DNA of 64,000 nt from Amoebophrya sp. A120 (lineage: Eukaryota; Protista; Dinoflagellata): NCBI GenBank assembly GCA_905178155.1, contig CAJINV010000009.1:3094768-3158767 (forward strand). The letters are read 5' to 3'. A program made the translations under genes and the position numbers. Positions 11,801-23,695 of the stretch are shown here, in pieces. The notes below the pieces were generated by a model. The model saw only the letters and a program-made list of their open reading frames with translations. It made no database searches and was not told where the DNA came from. Every line of letters begins with the position of its first letter. The first letter of the stretch is position 1.

Positions 11801-11983
11801 CCTTGCATTCCAGACTTGGTGGAGCTTCGAAAAACTGCATGACAAATCTCGGAATCTTCCAGACCCAGACATTTTTACATTTGATATGACCCCCGAAGAG
11901 GGGGAGCTGCAGCCTTGCCTCGCGACCAGGCAGGTAGAAGTGCCACAGTGGCAGCTATTGACTGCCCGCGATAACATCTTCAT
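8824..11983 (-). CDS. Putative mitochondrial 2Fe-2S ferredoxin-domain protein, 9 exons, 8 introner introns
   Basis: Reconstructed MKMLSRAVNS...RRYST...KIFINDVPYPIPYKDCTVSQVFEKFNVPIHLDCRQGKCRTCEMEAV...KILACQEPC: Cx4Cx2C...C cluster motif and a presequence-like N-terminus. Confidence 0.8.
9160..9487. mobile_element. Introner (family E)
   Basis: TIR TATCAAAGTGAAAAATTCCCC / GGGGAAATTTTTCTTCACAATA; DR GCTTC. Confidence 0.85.
9616..9764. mobile_element. Introner (149 bp)
   Basis: TIR TATGCATTGCAAAGGTATCGCA / TGCGATACTTTTGCAGAGCATA; DR CTCCC/CGCCC. Confidence 0.85.
10018..10226. mobile_element. Introner (family D)
   Basis: TIR TATCGTGAGAAGAAACTGTTTCAC / GTGAAACAGTTTTTTCTTGCGATA; DR AAGGT. Confidence 0.85.
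10320..10527. mobile_element. Introner (family G)
   Basis: TIR TATCCAAAAAAAAACGTTGT / ACAATGTTTTTTTCTTGGATA; DR TCTTT. Confidence 0.85.
10569..10824. mobile_element. Introner (family A)
   Basis: Family-A TIR (consensus TATCAAATGYAAAAATGTCTGGGTCTGGAA); DR ACCGC. Confidence 0.9.
10905..11166. mobile_element. Introner (family A)
   Basis: Family-A TIRs; DR ACCTG (CAGGT on the sense strand). Confidence 0.9.
11216..11476. mobile_element. Introner (family A)
   Basis: Family-A TIRs; DR GTCAT. Confidence 0.9.
11625..11886. mobile_element. Introner (family A)
   Basis: Family-A TIRs; DR TGACC. Confidence 0.9.
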
Positions 11984-14210
11984 CTTGGAAAACAAATTTG
12001 TACCTTTAGTGCAGCTCACGCAAGAGGTGGGCGGTTATTTCTACTTTAAGTCAGTACTTTCACTTTGTATAATCAAATCATGAAACAATCGACACCTTCT
12101 CGTCCAGCGGCAACAGGTCCACCTTCATCCTACTTCACTACCAGAGATAACCGTCACTCAATTATTTGCTCGTCAGCTCCTGCAATACAGAAATCATTGT
12201 GGGGGACGAGAGTACGGGAAGGCGAATACGCACAATCAAGAGGCAAGAACTGCGAGAAAAATTACAAACGGCAGAAGAAAATAGCTGAATTGGGTCAGGA
12301 AATCTATCAGTTTCAAACATTTTGATTTTTTCACTCTCGGAATTATCTTTGTTGTATTTCACTGGAACCACATTGCCACGACATCTCTCGCTCGCCCGGC
12401 TACTCGATCGGGGAATAGACTTCAGAAGCACCATCTCAACAAAGATTCTGGAAGCAGGACGCATCTGCTCGTCCGTGTCTGTCTAATAGAAGAACTTCAT
12501 GAGAACAAGCAATTTGCGAATGCACCGCTGGCGCGACTGCATCTGCCTCCAATAAGGAGGACGAGGCGGCAAGCCCCAAGACTGTTTTTGTTTTTGTTTC
12601 CTTGTGATATCCCAAAAAAATATTGTACACTCCAAATCAGATTCACCCCTTCGAGGTCGCAAGTTTATTGGCAGCTTCCCTCGGTCTGGCCCCGGCAGGG
12701 GTCTGCCAGAGGAGGTGATGAAGCAAATCTTTTTAAAGCACTGCCTCGATTAGGTAGATGGCTGATATTAATGCTTTGATAAATGTAATTCCTCTGAAAG
12801 GTAGGCTATTTTTTCGTGGTTTTCAACCCGGTGCAGTCTTAGAATCATCTTGCTCGTGGTTTGCACTGAAAAATGCTATCTTCACCATAATCTACTTTGC
12901 GAAGCGAGTTAAGAGGTGACTTCCGTACCCATGTATCCATCCGAAGCACGCTATTGGTTTCCTACAGTGGAGATACAGCTAGCGCTACAGGTGAATGCAG
13001 CCACAGGTAGGCCGCTCCTGCAAACGACGATCGTCTCCTTTTAATAATCGAACGCGGATCACGAACGATGTCAAGGTTCAAATTAGACATGTAGCAGCAA
13101 GCTCGTTTTTTGTTTATATTTTTTTGGATGTGTAATATTTTTGTTTTTTTGCGGATTTTTCACGAAAAAAGTAAAACTTGAGTGGGAAGTTGGAAGAGCA
13201 ACGCGCTTGCTCGTCGCCTAAAAGTTTTACCGTACGCCCAAAGGTCTTTCGTCCATGCAGATCTACGAGTGGTGCGGGTGCCTGATGGACTTTAGAACAT
13301 GTTTCCTGGGCGGTAAAATAAATCAAAAAAAGGGTGTAACTTTGTAAGATATTTTTTGGTATTTTTTGCTTGGAAGCTGGAGAAAATGCTGATCGATGTA
13401 ACGAAAATGCACATGCTGGATAAGCCGAAACAAGTACGCTTGGAAAGATGGAAAAGCTCCGGGAAATGAATACTATGCTACGGGGACCTGCTACCAGAAC
13501 CTGCGTCTCTGGCGAGAAGCATGTACTAGTTGAAACAACAAGAAGCCAAATGTCCAAAACCTGCCTCTTCGACGATGCTGGAGGGGTGCACGAAAGCAGG
13601 GCTTTCTCGTGATGGCTGCTCTTCGACAGGGTTACACTAGAGGAACACGGAACACAGTCAAGCCCCGCTCCGCTCGCGCCCACAACGACTTGACGCGCGA
13701 CCTTCCTCAGCAAATTTTTCGAATGGTGGGAAAAGGGTAATCCTGTGGCTGTTGAGTGCGAAATCTACTACAATCATAAAAATCCGATTTTCTACCGGCG
13801 ATGGAGATGTACCTTCAAAATACAGCTGGCCCGTTACTAGCGTGTCACACTTCTTGAGCTTGTTCCTGTTGAGTTGTACATCACAATCACTTCCACAAAA
13901 GCATTCAATTACTAGACATAGCAAAAACAAGCAGGAAAAAGATGAAACCTCAGACCAGTCAAAGCACTAGTCAAGTGACACGAGGTGAAAAATGGGGTTT
14001 GTGCAGTTCTTCATCCGGGGTATCTAAATTCTTTCCTGTTACTATCGCGACCAAACACACAACTTACGAGATGGAGGTGCTGGTAGTAGAAGTGGTACAT
14101 AAAATTACCTATTCTGTTTATACATCTTTTTCGAGTATGAGCAGGACGGTTCAGACTTATTATGCAAGTGCTAGACTATAGATAAGCATCCTCAATAAAC
14201 CCTTGCTCAC

Positions 14211-14680
14211 TCCTCCGGCGGCACCGGGACTGCCCCCGGTCCGGACAACGGCGCCGCTGTAGTCGGCGCCGCGGCACCGTTCTTCCCGTCTGCGTCTCCC
14301 TTGTTCACCGCCTGACTTTCCAGCGCAGCGCCGCCTTGTGCGCCCGCGGACGGAGCGGGCTTGGGAGTAGGATCTGGAGAACTCTCCCCACCCCCGCTGC
14401 AGTGCTCCTTCTCTTCCAGAAGAGAACGACTTTCTGGGGCGGAACCGGTAACGGCATCCGAATCAACATCACTGTTTTTCCGAAATAACTTCTGCTTTTT
14501 GCCTGGTAATATCTTCTGGAACGCCACTCCTGTTCCGCGACTGCTGCTGTCTTTCTTTCGGCCCGGAACGGGATCCTTCTTGTTGCCCAGCGAGAGTGCG
14601 AGAGCGCCTCTGCAAAATAGCCCTGCGCTGCAGAGGGAAAAGAGCAGAAGAGAACGCGTTGTTGTGAGAAAGTGGCCCAT
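14211..14680 (-). CDS. First exon of a putative secreted protein (downstream exons not resolved)
   Basis: MGHFLTTTRSLLLFSLCSAGLFCRGALA is signal-peptide-like and is followed by low-complexity sequence. GTGAGC donor at 14210. Confidence 0.5.
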
Positions 14681-15456
14681 CTGTATGGTTCTTGTCTTTG
14701 ATGAAGTGGCTATTCTTTTCTTCTCACGGACGGTTTGGAGGTTTGTATGCTCGATAAAACTTCTAATCGTGTAATTAAGCAAGCAACGAGGTTGTTGATG
14801 AAACAAAAGAAGTGCACAGAGGATATACGATGCCACTGTTGGGAGGTGCACTGACACAGCAAGGGATGAAACAGAAGCAGAGTAGTTACTATATGATGCT
14901 GCTGGAAAACTTTGTCGAGTACGACGCCACTGCCGCGGGCGGCAAGGTGCAAATGCAAAACTAGCGGCACTATTGACCAACATGCGTTAGGACAGAGGAA
15001 ACCCGGAGGTTCTTTAAGCACGACGACAAGATCAACGATTGCGAACGATTACGAAGCCGGAAGGGTTTTGGCACTACACCCACGAGGACAGAAGCAACGA
15101 AAAACAAAACTGCACGACGGTGGTGGACGAATTCCTCTCACTTTAGAAGAGGGGAACGACTTATGATTTTCAAAATACGACGGAAAAACAGCGACCGATT
15201 TCCGTGCACGCTGAGAAAACTACATTCAAGATAACCATGAACAACATTGCTAGTATTCGGAATAGGAGCTGCGTGACTCAGTATTCGGTGGCCGCCTTCA
15301 AAACTACAACACATCGAGTGCGATGTAATCAAAATCAAAGTGGTCGTGTGTCGTGACAGTCCTGATGGGTCCCGCGGAGACAGAAGCATGATGAGCTTGT
15401 AATTAAACAAACAGAAAGACAGCAAAAAGTAGTCGTTTGTCGCTTCATTTTGATCC

Positions 15457-18400
15457 TCATCTCCGCCTATCAAATGTAAAAATGTCTGGGTCTGCAAGAT
15501 TGCCAGGTTTGTCATGCACAGTTTGCATGACTCCTGATGTCTGTGATGCATGCCCTAGCATCACAGATTTTGTGAGGGCTTCCTGATGCCTATACTGCAT
15601 GACAAATGCTCTTTCCGTGTAGCAAAACTTGGACTCTCTTTGCTGCTCATGCAATACAGATTTTTCTAGAATCCAAAATCACCATGACAAGTTGGATTCT
15701 TCCAGACCCAGACATTCTTACAGCTGATACCGCCCGAGCGCTTGGTCCTTCGGCGCTTGCGCACTCAGAGCCGCAAACGGGTTGAAGATATTGCAGTGAA
15801 AAATGCCCCCACCCCCAAAGTCGCAAAAATTTGTGATGCGAAGTTTCCAAATGAAAACTTCTTGTCATGCATGAAAGAAGTACGAATCTTTCTGATGCAG
15901 AGTCGAGGTGTGTATCGCATCGCTTGCATGACAAGCGCCACTCTTTTGCAATACAATGCAATACAAGATTGGATCATTTACAATACAAATTTTTGCTATT
16001 CACGATTGGAAATAACCTGTGATGCTGATAGATGCAAGAGGGCGACTGTTTCCTTTGGAAAGGTTTGCAATACAAATGCTCCCAAGTTCGGGGGTCGTGG
16101 GGGCATTTTTCATTGTAATAGGAGAACGTCGCACTTTTCGCGGTCACCATGCCCGGAATCGCATTTGCACTCGCCCTATGAAATGCAAAAATGTCTGGGT
16201 CTGGAAACCTGTGGTGCTGAAATGTGCATGATGAAAACACTTTCGAATGCAGTCCGGCATGACAACTTCCCAAAACGCTTTCTCATAGGCAATCCGCATG
16301 AGAAACTGCGTTTTTGCATGACAAAAGAGGCTGCGACTTTTGTTGGTTATGCAATACAGATTTTCTAGGTGCGGAAAGCTAGCATTACAAGTTCCAACCT
16401 TCCAGACCCAGACATTTTTACATTTGATACGCCCCCGAGCTGCCGGAATTTTTGTTCTGCAGCGCGGCAGCGGCCCCAAAACCCAGTCCCTTCTTCTTGT
16501 TTTTGAAAGAGAGCGAAAACGCGGGAACCGCGGAGGAGGTGCTAGTACCGCCTGCAGTTGTATTACCAGAATTTTTGTTCCGCTCGTTGTCATCGTCGTC
16601 GTCCTGTAGCAACAGCTTTCCGTTTTCGTCGTGTAATTTCCTGTTGCGGTCTCGAGAGGATGGCGACAGCACCGGCGGCGCCGCTGGCAAGGTAATCTTG
16701 ATTTCCGGGTCGTTCGACTCGAGTTCTTCCACTCTGGTGCGACGAGAGCGCTGCTCCTGCTCGGAAGATTTTCGTTCGTTATTTCCGCTCGGTTTCGGAC
16801 TGCGACCGGCTCGAGCATGATCTTCACCCGGCTCAGCAACAACATCCGCATGTCTGTTGTTGTTTTTGTTGTGTCTCCCACTGTTGTCATCATCAACTTT
16901 ATCTTCTCCATCCCGATCTATTTTCTTTCCCAGCAGTTTCATCTCCTTGCGCTTCCGCCGCAGTTCCTTCTCCTTCGCGCGTTTCTCTTGTTCTCTCCGC
17001 CCTTCTACCAAATGCAAAAATGTCTGGGTCTGGAAGAATCCAACTTGTCATGCTGATTTTGGATTCTAAAAAAATCTGTATTGCATGAGCAGCAAAGAGA
17101 GTCCAAGTTTTGCTACACGGAAAGAGCATTTGTCATGCGGTATAGGCATCAGCAAGCCCTCACAAAATCTGTGACGCTAGGGCATGCATCACAGACATCA
17201 GGAGTCATGCAAAATGTGCATGACAAGCATGGCAATCTTCCAGACCCAGACATTTTTACACTTGATACCTTCCTCCTTCAGCCGCTCGACCTCCTCCTGG
17301 TGTTGCAGCTGCTTTTGCCGGATTTCCTCCTCCAGCTTCGTCTTTTTATAACCCGCCCAGGTGTTACAATCTCAAACGTTGCAGTAGAATCTGGATTTTG
17401 TCTTGCATGATGAGCATGACAGAATCGCAGAGCATTCCACTTTCTGCAATACAAATTTCGCTAGATTCTCCTGCGGTTTGGGGCTCCGAAACTTGTCATG
17501 CGCAATCCTGTGGGAGTAGGCCAGATGTTGCGCATTTTGCAACACAAATTCCGGATCCTATTGCAACGTGTGAGATTGCAAAACTTGAGCAGGTTATACT
17601 TTTTCCGCTGCTTTTCCTCTTCGATCTCGTCGTAGAACCGCTTGCGGTTCTTCTCCAATTCTTTCTTCATGTCCTTTTCCAATTCTTCCTTCAACTCTTT
17701 TTCTTTCGCTTTCAGCTCCTCCTGCAAACTCTCCTTCTTCGTCAGCAGCGTCTGCAAAATCTCCTTCTTGATCTGCTTTTTTTTCCGCTTCTCCACCTCC
17801 TGACTTACCCACTTCTCTTTATGCATTGCAAATATGTCTGGGTCTGGTGTCATGCTACATCTGGATCGCTAAAAAATTTGTTTTGCATGATTACCAAAAC
17901 TTGTCCACGACTTTTGAACAAGTTTAGAGGCAATTTCTTATGCAGGAAAGGCATGACAGAGATCTCGCAGAATCTGTCATGCTGGGCCGTGCATGCCAGA
18001 CCGCGCGGGTCATGGAAAACCTGCATGACAAACCTAGCAATCTTCCAGACCCAGACATTTTTGCATTTGATACTCTTGCCGCCTTCGCAACTTGCTGTTT
18101 TTCTCCTCCTGCTCGAGTTTCAGCGCCGCTTGCTCCAATATCAAATGCAAAAGTGTCTGGGTCTGGAATGTTGCCGGGTTTGTCATGCATATTTTGCATG
18201 ACCCAGGGCTCTTGATGCCTACCCCGCAACATGACAAATGCCCTCCCCGCGTAGCACAAAGTAGACTCCTCTTGCTGGTCGCGCAATACAGATTTTTCTA
18301 GAGTCCAAAGTTAGCATCACAAGTTCCAACCTTCCAGACCCAGACATTTTTGCAATTCATATCCAAAATCAAGTCCGTGTTCTTCAGCGCTTGGCTCTTT

Positions 18401-21016
18401 TTGTCCGCAATGTTGTTGTCCTGGCTCTGCTCCTCGGATGAAGAAGCAGAGCTGTCGTCGTGTCGGCGTCTTTGCCGCCTCGATCTTTTGTCGGAAGGAG
18501 AACCTTTGTTTTTCGTCCCGCCGGGGGGTCCAGCACGGGGGGGCGTCCGATTTTTTCGATTATCTCTACGACGGTCCTTGTTTGCGACCTCCTTGCCGTC
18601 GTCCTTTGTTTCCCCGTCCACCTCCTGGGGACCAATTGCACTACGAGCGCGGGTCCGCCTCGTGGTCTCTTTTTTCTTCGAGTTGCGACGGTCCTTATCA
18701 CCACTTTTATCTTTCTCCTCGCTGGAAGCTCGCTGCGAGGTCCTGCTCGTGGATTCCTTTTTAATATTAGCCTGTTCGTGGTGCTTAGTAGTACCATTTT
18801 CCGCTTTTTGTTTTCTATCATCTTTAGTACGGCGCAGTTCCTTTCGTTGTTCTTCAACCGCCATTTTATCCACCTTTTTGCTTGCGACTTCCGGCTGTTC
18901 TACCTTGTCCTGGCCTTCTTCCTCTTCTGAGGACGAATTCGCTCTTGAAGATTGTGATTCGCTCTTCTCCCTCCCATGGTTTTCCTTCTGCACCAGTTTC
19001 TTAGTAACCCGCGACGGGCCTCGCGCGGGGGAAAGAACCACTTCCACTTTATTTTTGGAACGACTCGTAGTAGTTGCAGCAGGAACTAGAACTGGCTCAT
19101 TTTGTGAAGCTGATTTTCTTCTTCCATCTTGATCTTTTGTATTCAATTTTATCTTTTCCCTTCCCCCATCCTGCTTTTTCCTGCGATCCGGTGAACTGAG
19201 AAAATTGTCACTCGCCGCAGACGGAATGGACGCCGACGATTCATCGCTACTAGAAGAAGAAACACCTCCAGACTCGGCTGCTTTTAGATTTCCACGACGA
19301 AGTGGACCAGAGCCGCTGTTAGTTTTACCATTTCCCTTATTCCCGCGGTTTCTCATTTTCCCGACCGCCGTGTTCGCAGCTCCCCGACGCTCGCGGCTCC
19401 TACTCTTGGGACTTCTTCTTTTACCGTTTTTTCTTGCTCCAGAGCCCTGCTGCCTCGCACGGAGTTGCACTTTGGGCCTAGTATTTTTTCCCTCGTTATC
19501 GTTTCGCATATAATTACCTCTATGATTTTCATCATCCCGTTCTCGCGCTGGAGAAGCAGTTCCGCCGCGCCTTCTGGATCTCTCCTGTCTTGCTCGAGAG
19601 CGTCGTGGTCTCGACCGCGATCTTCGCCCCCTGCCGTTCGAAGCGGCTCTGGCCCTCGCGGTGATATTTCTGTCGGTGTTTCGCCGGAGAGAATTGTTGT
19701 CCGCCCTAGTACCTCTTCGCTCTCTAGCTGCGCCTTCTCGGTTACTGTCATGCCTCTTGGTCGTTTTGTCCCGCGGCCGCTCGATTTCCACATCCCGGTC
19801 CGGTCGCCGTGCTGTTGTTTTATTTGTGCGTTCTTCCTTCTTGTTTATTCTCTCTTTGTCTTTATTTCCCTGCTCCGACTCTGCTTCCGAGGAGGAAGAC
19901 GGCTCGGGGGTGGAAATCGGGGAAACGCTGTGAGAAGAGGAAGCAGCTGATGGCGAAGCTGAGCCGCATTTGGTTTTTTTGATGTTTCCTACTACTTTAT
20001 TTTTCGAGTGCAAGAACTGACCGTCGTCTCTGTCTTGATTCATTTCCTTCTTTCCTTCCGACGACGAGGCACTGCTTGATGATCTCTTTTTCTTCTTGTT
20101 TTCGACTTGCAGCTGTAGTTTGTTTTTCTCGTTTTTTTTGCCCTTGGCCTTGTTTTCGGAACCGGACGCGGAGGAGTCGTCGTGGTGGTCCGAAGCATTT
20201 TTAACTTTCTTTTCTTTCCCCTTATCTTTATCCTTCACCTCCTCCCCGTGGTCTCCACCATCTTCGCGGCCGCCCGCTGCTTTCTTCACGCGACGCTCCC
20301 CTGTCGGGGCGCGGTGGTCCCCCTTCTTGTCATCGGCTTTGTCGCCTCCTTCTCGAGGCTTGCTCGAAGTCGTGCTGTTTTGGTGTATACAAGTATTGGT
20401 ACTTTATTCAGCTAGTTACTCTACTGTTGAACATGGTAATTTAATGCGAAATGGAAATCAACATCAGCAGTCAGGATCCCTGATTAGTACAACCCCTAGA
20501 AGTCCTCGACGTCACAAATAGAAACCTGTCCATCTTACCCACACAACGACGCTAAAAACCTTCCGTAAAGGTGCAGTGTGCAAACAATCAACGTGGAACA
20601 ACATCAAAATTTCGTATCTGTAAGTACTCGCGAGGTGGCCCTTGTTGTCCTCCTCCACCAGCGTCCGTGCCTTTTCTAGCCGGACTTTTCTTGTTCTCGT
20701 CACGACTCGCAGACGAAGACGTTTTTTTGCCACCACGAGCACCAGCAACTCCGCGCGACTTATCCTCATCTCTCGATCGGCTTCTGCTCCGCTTAGACCC
20801 ACGCTCTCGCGACTTTGACGTCCGAGTGGTATTGTTTTTTTCCACCCGGCGTGCTGCCTGCTTTTCCTGTGGTCGACGATGGTGGTCTCCGCGAGGACGG
20901 TCATTTTCTTCATGCGACTTCATCCTGCTGCGTCCCTGATAATTGTCCCGTCGCCGACTCGAGGATCTCGACCGGGACCGTCTACGGGAACCCGCTCGTC
21001 TGCCTGGAGCTCCCAT
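15457..21016 (-). CDS. Large RS/charged low-complexity nuclear protein (SR-related), with 7 introners and at least one other intron
   Basis: RSRSRS tracts and K/E coiled coil. Frame was verified across the 3' introners, ending ...NPFAALSAQAPKDQALGRR*. The 5' junction (~20375-20630) is approximate. Confidence 0.7.
15468..15729. mobile_element. Introner (family A)
   Basis: Family-A TIRs; DR CCGCC. Confidence 0.9.
15789..16120. mobile_element. Introner (family E)
   Basis: TIR TATTGCAGTGAAAAATGCCCC / GGGGCATTTTTCATTGTAATA; DR GAAGA/GGAGA. Confidence 0.85.
16177..16429. mobile_element. Introner (family A)
   Basis: Family-A TIRs; DR CGCCC. Confidence 0.9.
17006..17267. mobile_element. Introner (family A; inverted near-copy of 15468-15729)
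   Basis: Family-A TIRs; DR CCTTC. Confidence 0.9.
17347..17598. mobile_element. Introner (family H)
   Basis: TIR TATAACCCGCCCAGGTGTTACAATCTCA / TGAGATTGCAAAACTTGAGCAGGTTATA; DR CTTTT. Confidence 0.85.
17820..18072. mobile_element. Introner (family A)
   Basis: Family-A TIRs; DR CTCTT. Confidence 0.9.
18139..18361. mobile_element. Introner (family A, internally deleted)
   Basis: Family-A TIRs; DR TCCAA. Confidence 0.9.
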
Positions 21017-21149
21017 TTGATGCTGCTGGGTTGCTGTTCGTTAAAAAAGTGTTGTGATGCGAACTTACAGTTTGAACACTTTTTTAGTAGATGCTATCGA
21101 GTACTAGAGATGACATGATCGTATGAATGTCGCGCCCGGAGGGCGATAT

Positions 21150-22416
21150 TGGTAACCAAATGCGTGCGCGAAAATCTAACCAGCGCGAAAGCCTAACCAG
21201 CCGCGCGGCGAAAGCGCGGTTGCCACCACCATTTCTTTTTAATTAGAGTCCCACTTTTTTTAATTAGAATCCCACTGCTATCCCGGGTCATCGGAGGCTT
21301 CCGGATTCGCATTCAAAGCTTATCGCAGGAGCCTGCGGGCCGCCGCGGGCTCCACCACTTCCCCGCGGCCCTAAAGGGCCGCGGACAACTACTGTCGCCC
21401 GCGGCGGCCCGCAGGCTCCTGCGATAAGCNNNNNNNNNNNNNNNNNNNNNNNNNNNNNNNNNNNNNNNNNNNNNNNNNNNNNNNNNNNNNNNNNNNNNNN
21501 NNNNNNNNNNNNNNNNNNNNNNNNNNNNNNNNNNNNNNNNNNNNNNNNNNNNNNNNNNNNNNNNNNNNNNNNNNNNNNNNNNNNNNNNNNNNNNNNNNNN
21601 NNNNNNNNNNNNNNNNNNNNNNNNNNNNNNNNNNNNNNNNNNNNNNNNNNNNNNNNNNNNNNNNNNNNNNNNNNNNNNNNNNNNNNNNNNNNNNNNNNNN
21701 NNNNNNNNNNNNNNNNNNNNNNNNNNNNNNNNNNNNNNNNNNNNNNNNNNNNNNNNNNNNNNNNNNNNNNNNNNNNNNNNNNNNNNNNNNNNNNNNNNNN
21801 NNNNNNNNNNNNNNNNNNNNNNNNNNNNNNNNNNNNNNNNNNNNNNNNNNNNNNNNNNNNNNNNNNNNNNNNNNNNNNNNNNNNNNNNNNNNNNNNNNNN
21901 NNNNNNNNNNNNNNNNNNNNNNNNNNNNNNNNNNNNNNNNNNNNNNNNNNNNNNNNNNNNNNNNNNNNNNNNNNNNNNNNNNNNNNNNNNNNNNNNNNNN
22001 NNNNNNNNNNNNNNNNNNNNNNNNNNNNNNNNNNNNNNNNNNNNNNNNNNNNNNNNNNNNNNNNNNNNNNNNNNNNNNNNNNNNNNNNNNNNNNNNNNNN
22101 NNNNNNNNNNNNNNNNNNNNNNNNNNNNNNNNNNNNNNNNNNNNNNNNNNNNNNNNNNNNNNNNNNNNNNNNNNNNNNNNNNNNNNNNNNNNNNNNNNNN
22201 NNNNNNNNNNNNNNNNNNNNNNNNNNNNNNNNNNNNNNNNNNNNNNNNNNNNNNNNNNNNNNNNNNNNNNNNNNNNNNNNNNNNNNNNNTATATGGTAAC
22301 GGCAACTGCCTTCGCGCTGCGTTTGCTAAGCAATATCGCAAGCGCGCAGAGCGCGCGCGCCGGCTTCGTGGGCCGGCGCGCGCTCTGCGCGCGCGCGCGC
22401 ACGCATTTGGTTACCA
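21150..22416. mobile_element. Putative TIR/foldback element spanning the assembly gap
   Basis: 21-bp TIR TGGTAACCAAATGCGTGCGCG / CGCGCACGCATTTGGTTACCA; internal perfect 33-bp inverted repeat at 21318-21350 / 21397-21429. Confidence 0.6.
21430..22290. other. Assembly gap (N run)
   Basis: Run of N. Confidence 1.
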
Positions 22417-23695
22417 GATGATGAACTGCTAGTACTGTGAGAAGCGCCGCGGCTCCTTTCGAACAGGCGCTCCATCCTGAAGGGTTCTTGTTCTGCCGGC
22501 TTTTTTTTGGAACAGCTAGTGATAGTTCCCAAATGAAGTCCGACCGTCTTTGTCTTAAGGAAGCTATCACAAGTAGTGGTTTCCAGATCAATCGTGTCGG
22601 CCTGCTTTCGAGAATAAAGACCATGCCGTAGTTTGTAAAAGAATTTTCGAAAGAAACTACAGTTGGTGGGATCTAACTCAATCAACCTCGTGGTTTTTGT
22701 ACTCGTCCTGCACTGCGAGCTACAATTGAGAAGCACATGCACAATGGGAGCGCGTAAGTAGCACAACATGCACTTCGTACTAGGTGCCGAAATTTTTGAC
22801 CACAGGCGCTGCCGCTTTAAGGACTTTAAAATTTTGCGCTCGAGGAGTGCCAGGTACGCGGAGGGAACGGAAAGTACGTCAGTTGTAATACCGCTACTTG
22901 TTTTTGACAAGAAATCATCACACTATTATGCTGGCACGCTGGTAGTGGTGCTGCCCGCAGACAAGCTGCAAAATCGACCGGATATCATGCATCCAAACGA
23001 ACCGAGTCCAACATTACAGAAGACCGAAAACAAAAAAGTTGGAGGGCAACGGCAGTCCTTGCTGTGATAACGAAAAAGGTGAACGATAATTGCCATCCAT
23101 AAGAGAAGATCCGTAGGTCTGTGCCACTGCACCAAACGTCGCGAAAATTTCATCTTGTTCCTTATCCATGTAAATGGGCTTCTATTTCATCCGTGCCAAA
23201 AAAAAGGCTGTGTCGTGGGGCGCAATAAAGCAGTCGCAAGAGCAAGGGCGGTTTGTTCCGAAGATTGTGGACAGTTTTTTGCCGACAAATGCAAAGTACC
23301 AACACATCATGATCCATCGTGCTGCTGCAATCAGGTCATTCATGAAGAAAAAGCAGAAGAAAAAACTGGTTTCTCTGGATCGACAAACCAATGCGACATT
23401 CAAGGTAAGAAGTCGTCTATTTCGATATGAAAATAACAAACTGTAGTATGTGAAATTAATGAAAACAGGTAAGATGAATAGAATGTAGACTGTTTAGCAG
23501 TATACTTGCTTCTAGCACCCGAGGTTTGCAGCGGTCCTCTGTGGTCTTCATCGCATTCACTCCGTGCCGCGCGTGCTGCAGAGAATCTTCCTACTATTTC
23601 CCCTCCGATCATGCTGTGATTGCGACCTCCGATCATGCTGTGCCGACATCAACATTCGCATTCCGCAACAAGAAATAACTGTGGACTTCGAATTA

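Noticed and set aside
10569-11886. CRISPR-like appearance of ~30-bp repeats with short unique spacers
   Set aside because: The repeats alternate in orientation (TIR pairs), the spacers are exons of one gene, there are no cas genes, and the context is eukaryotic.
21313-22624. 342- and 411-aa ORFs
   Set aside because: Artefacts of reading through the N gap.
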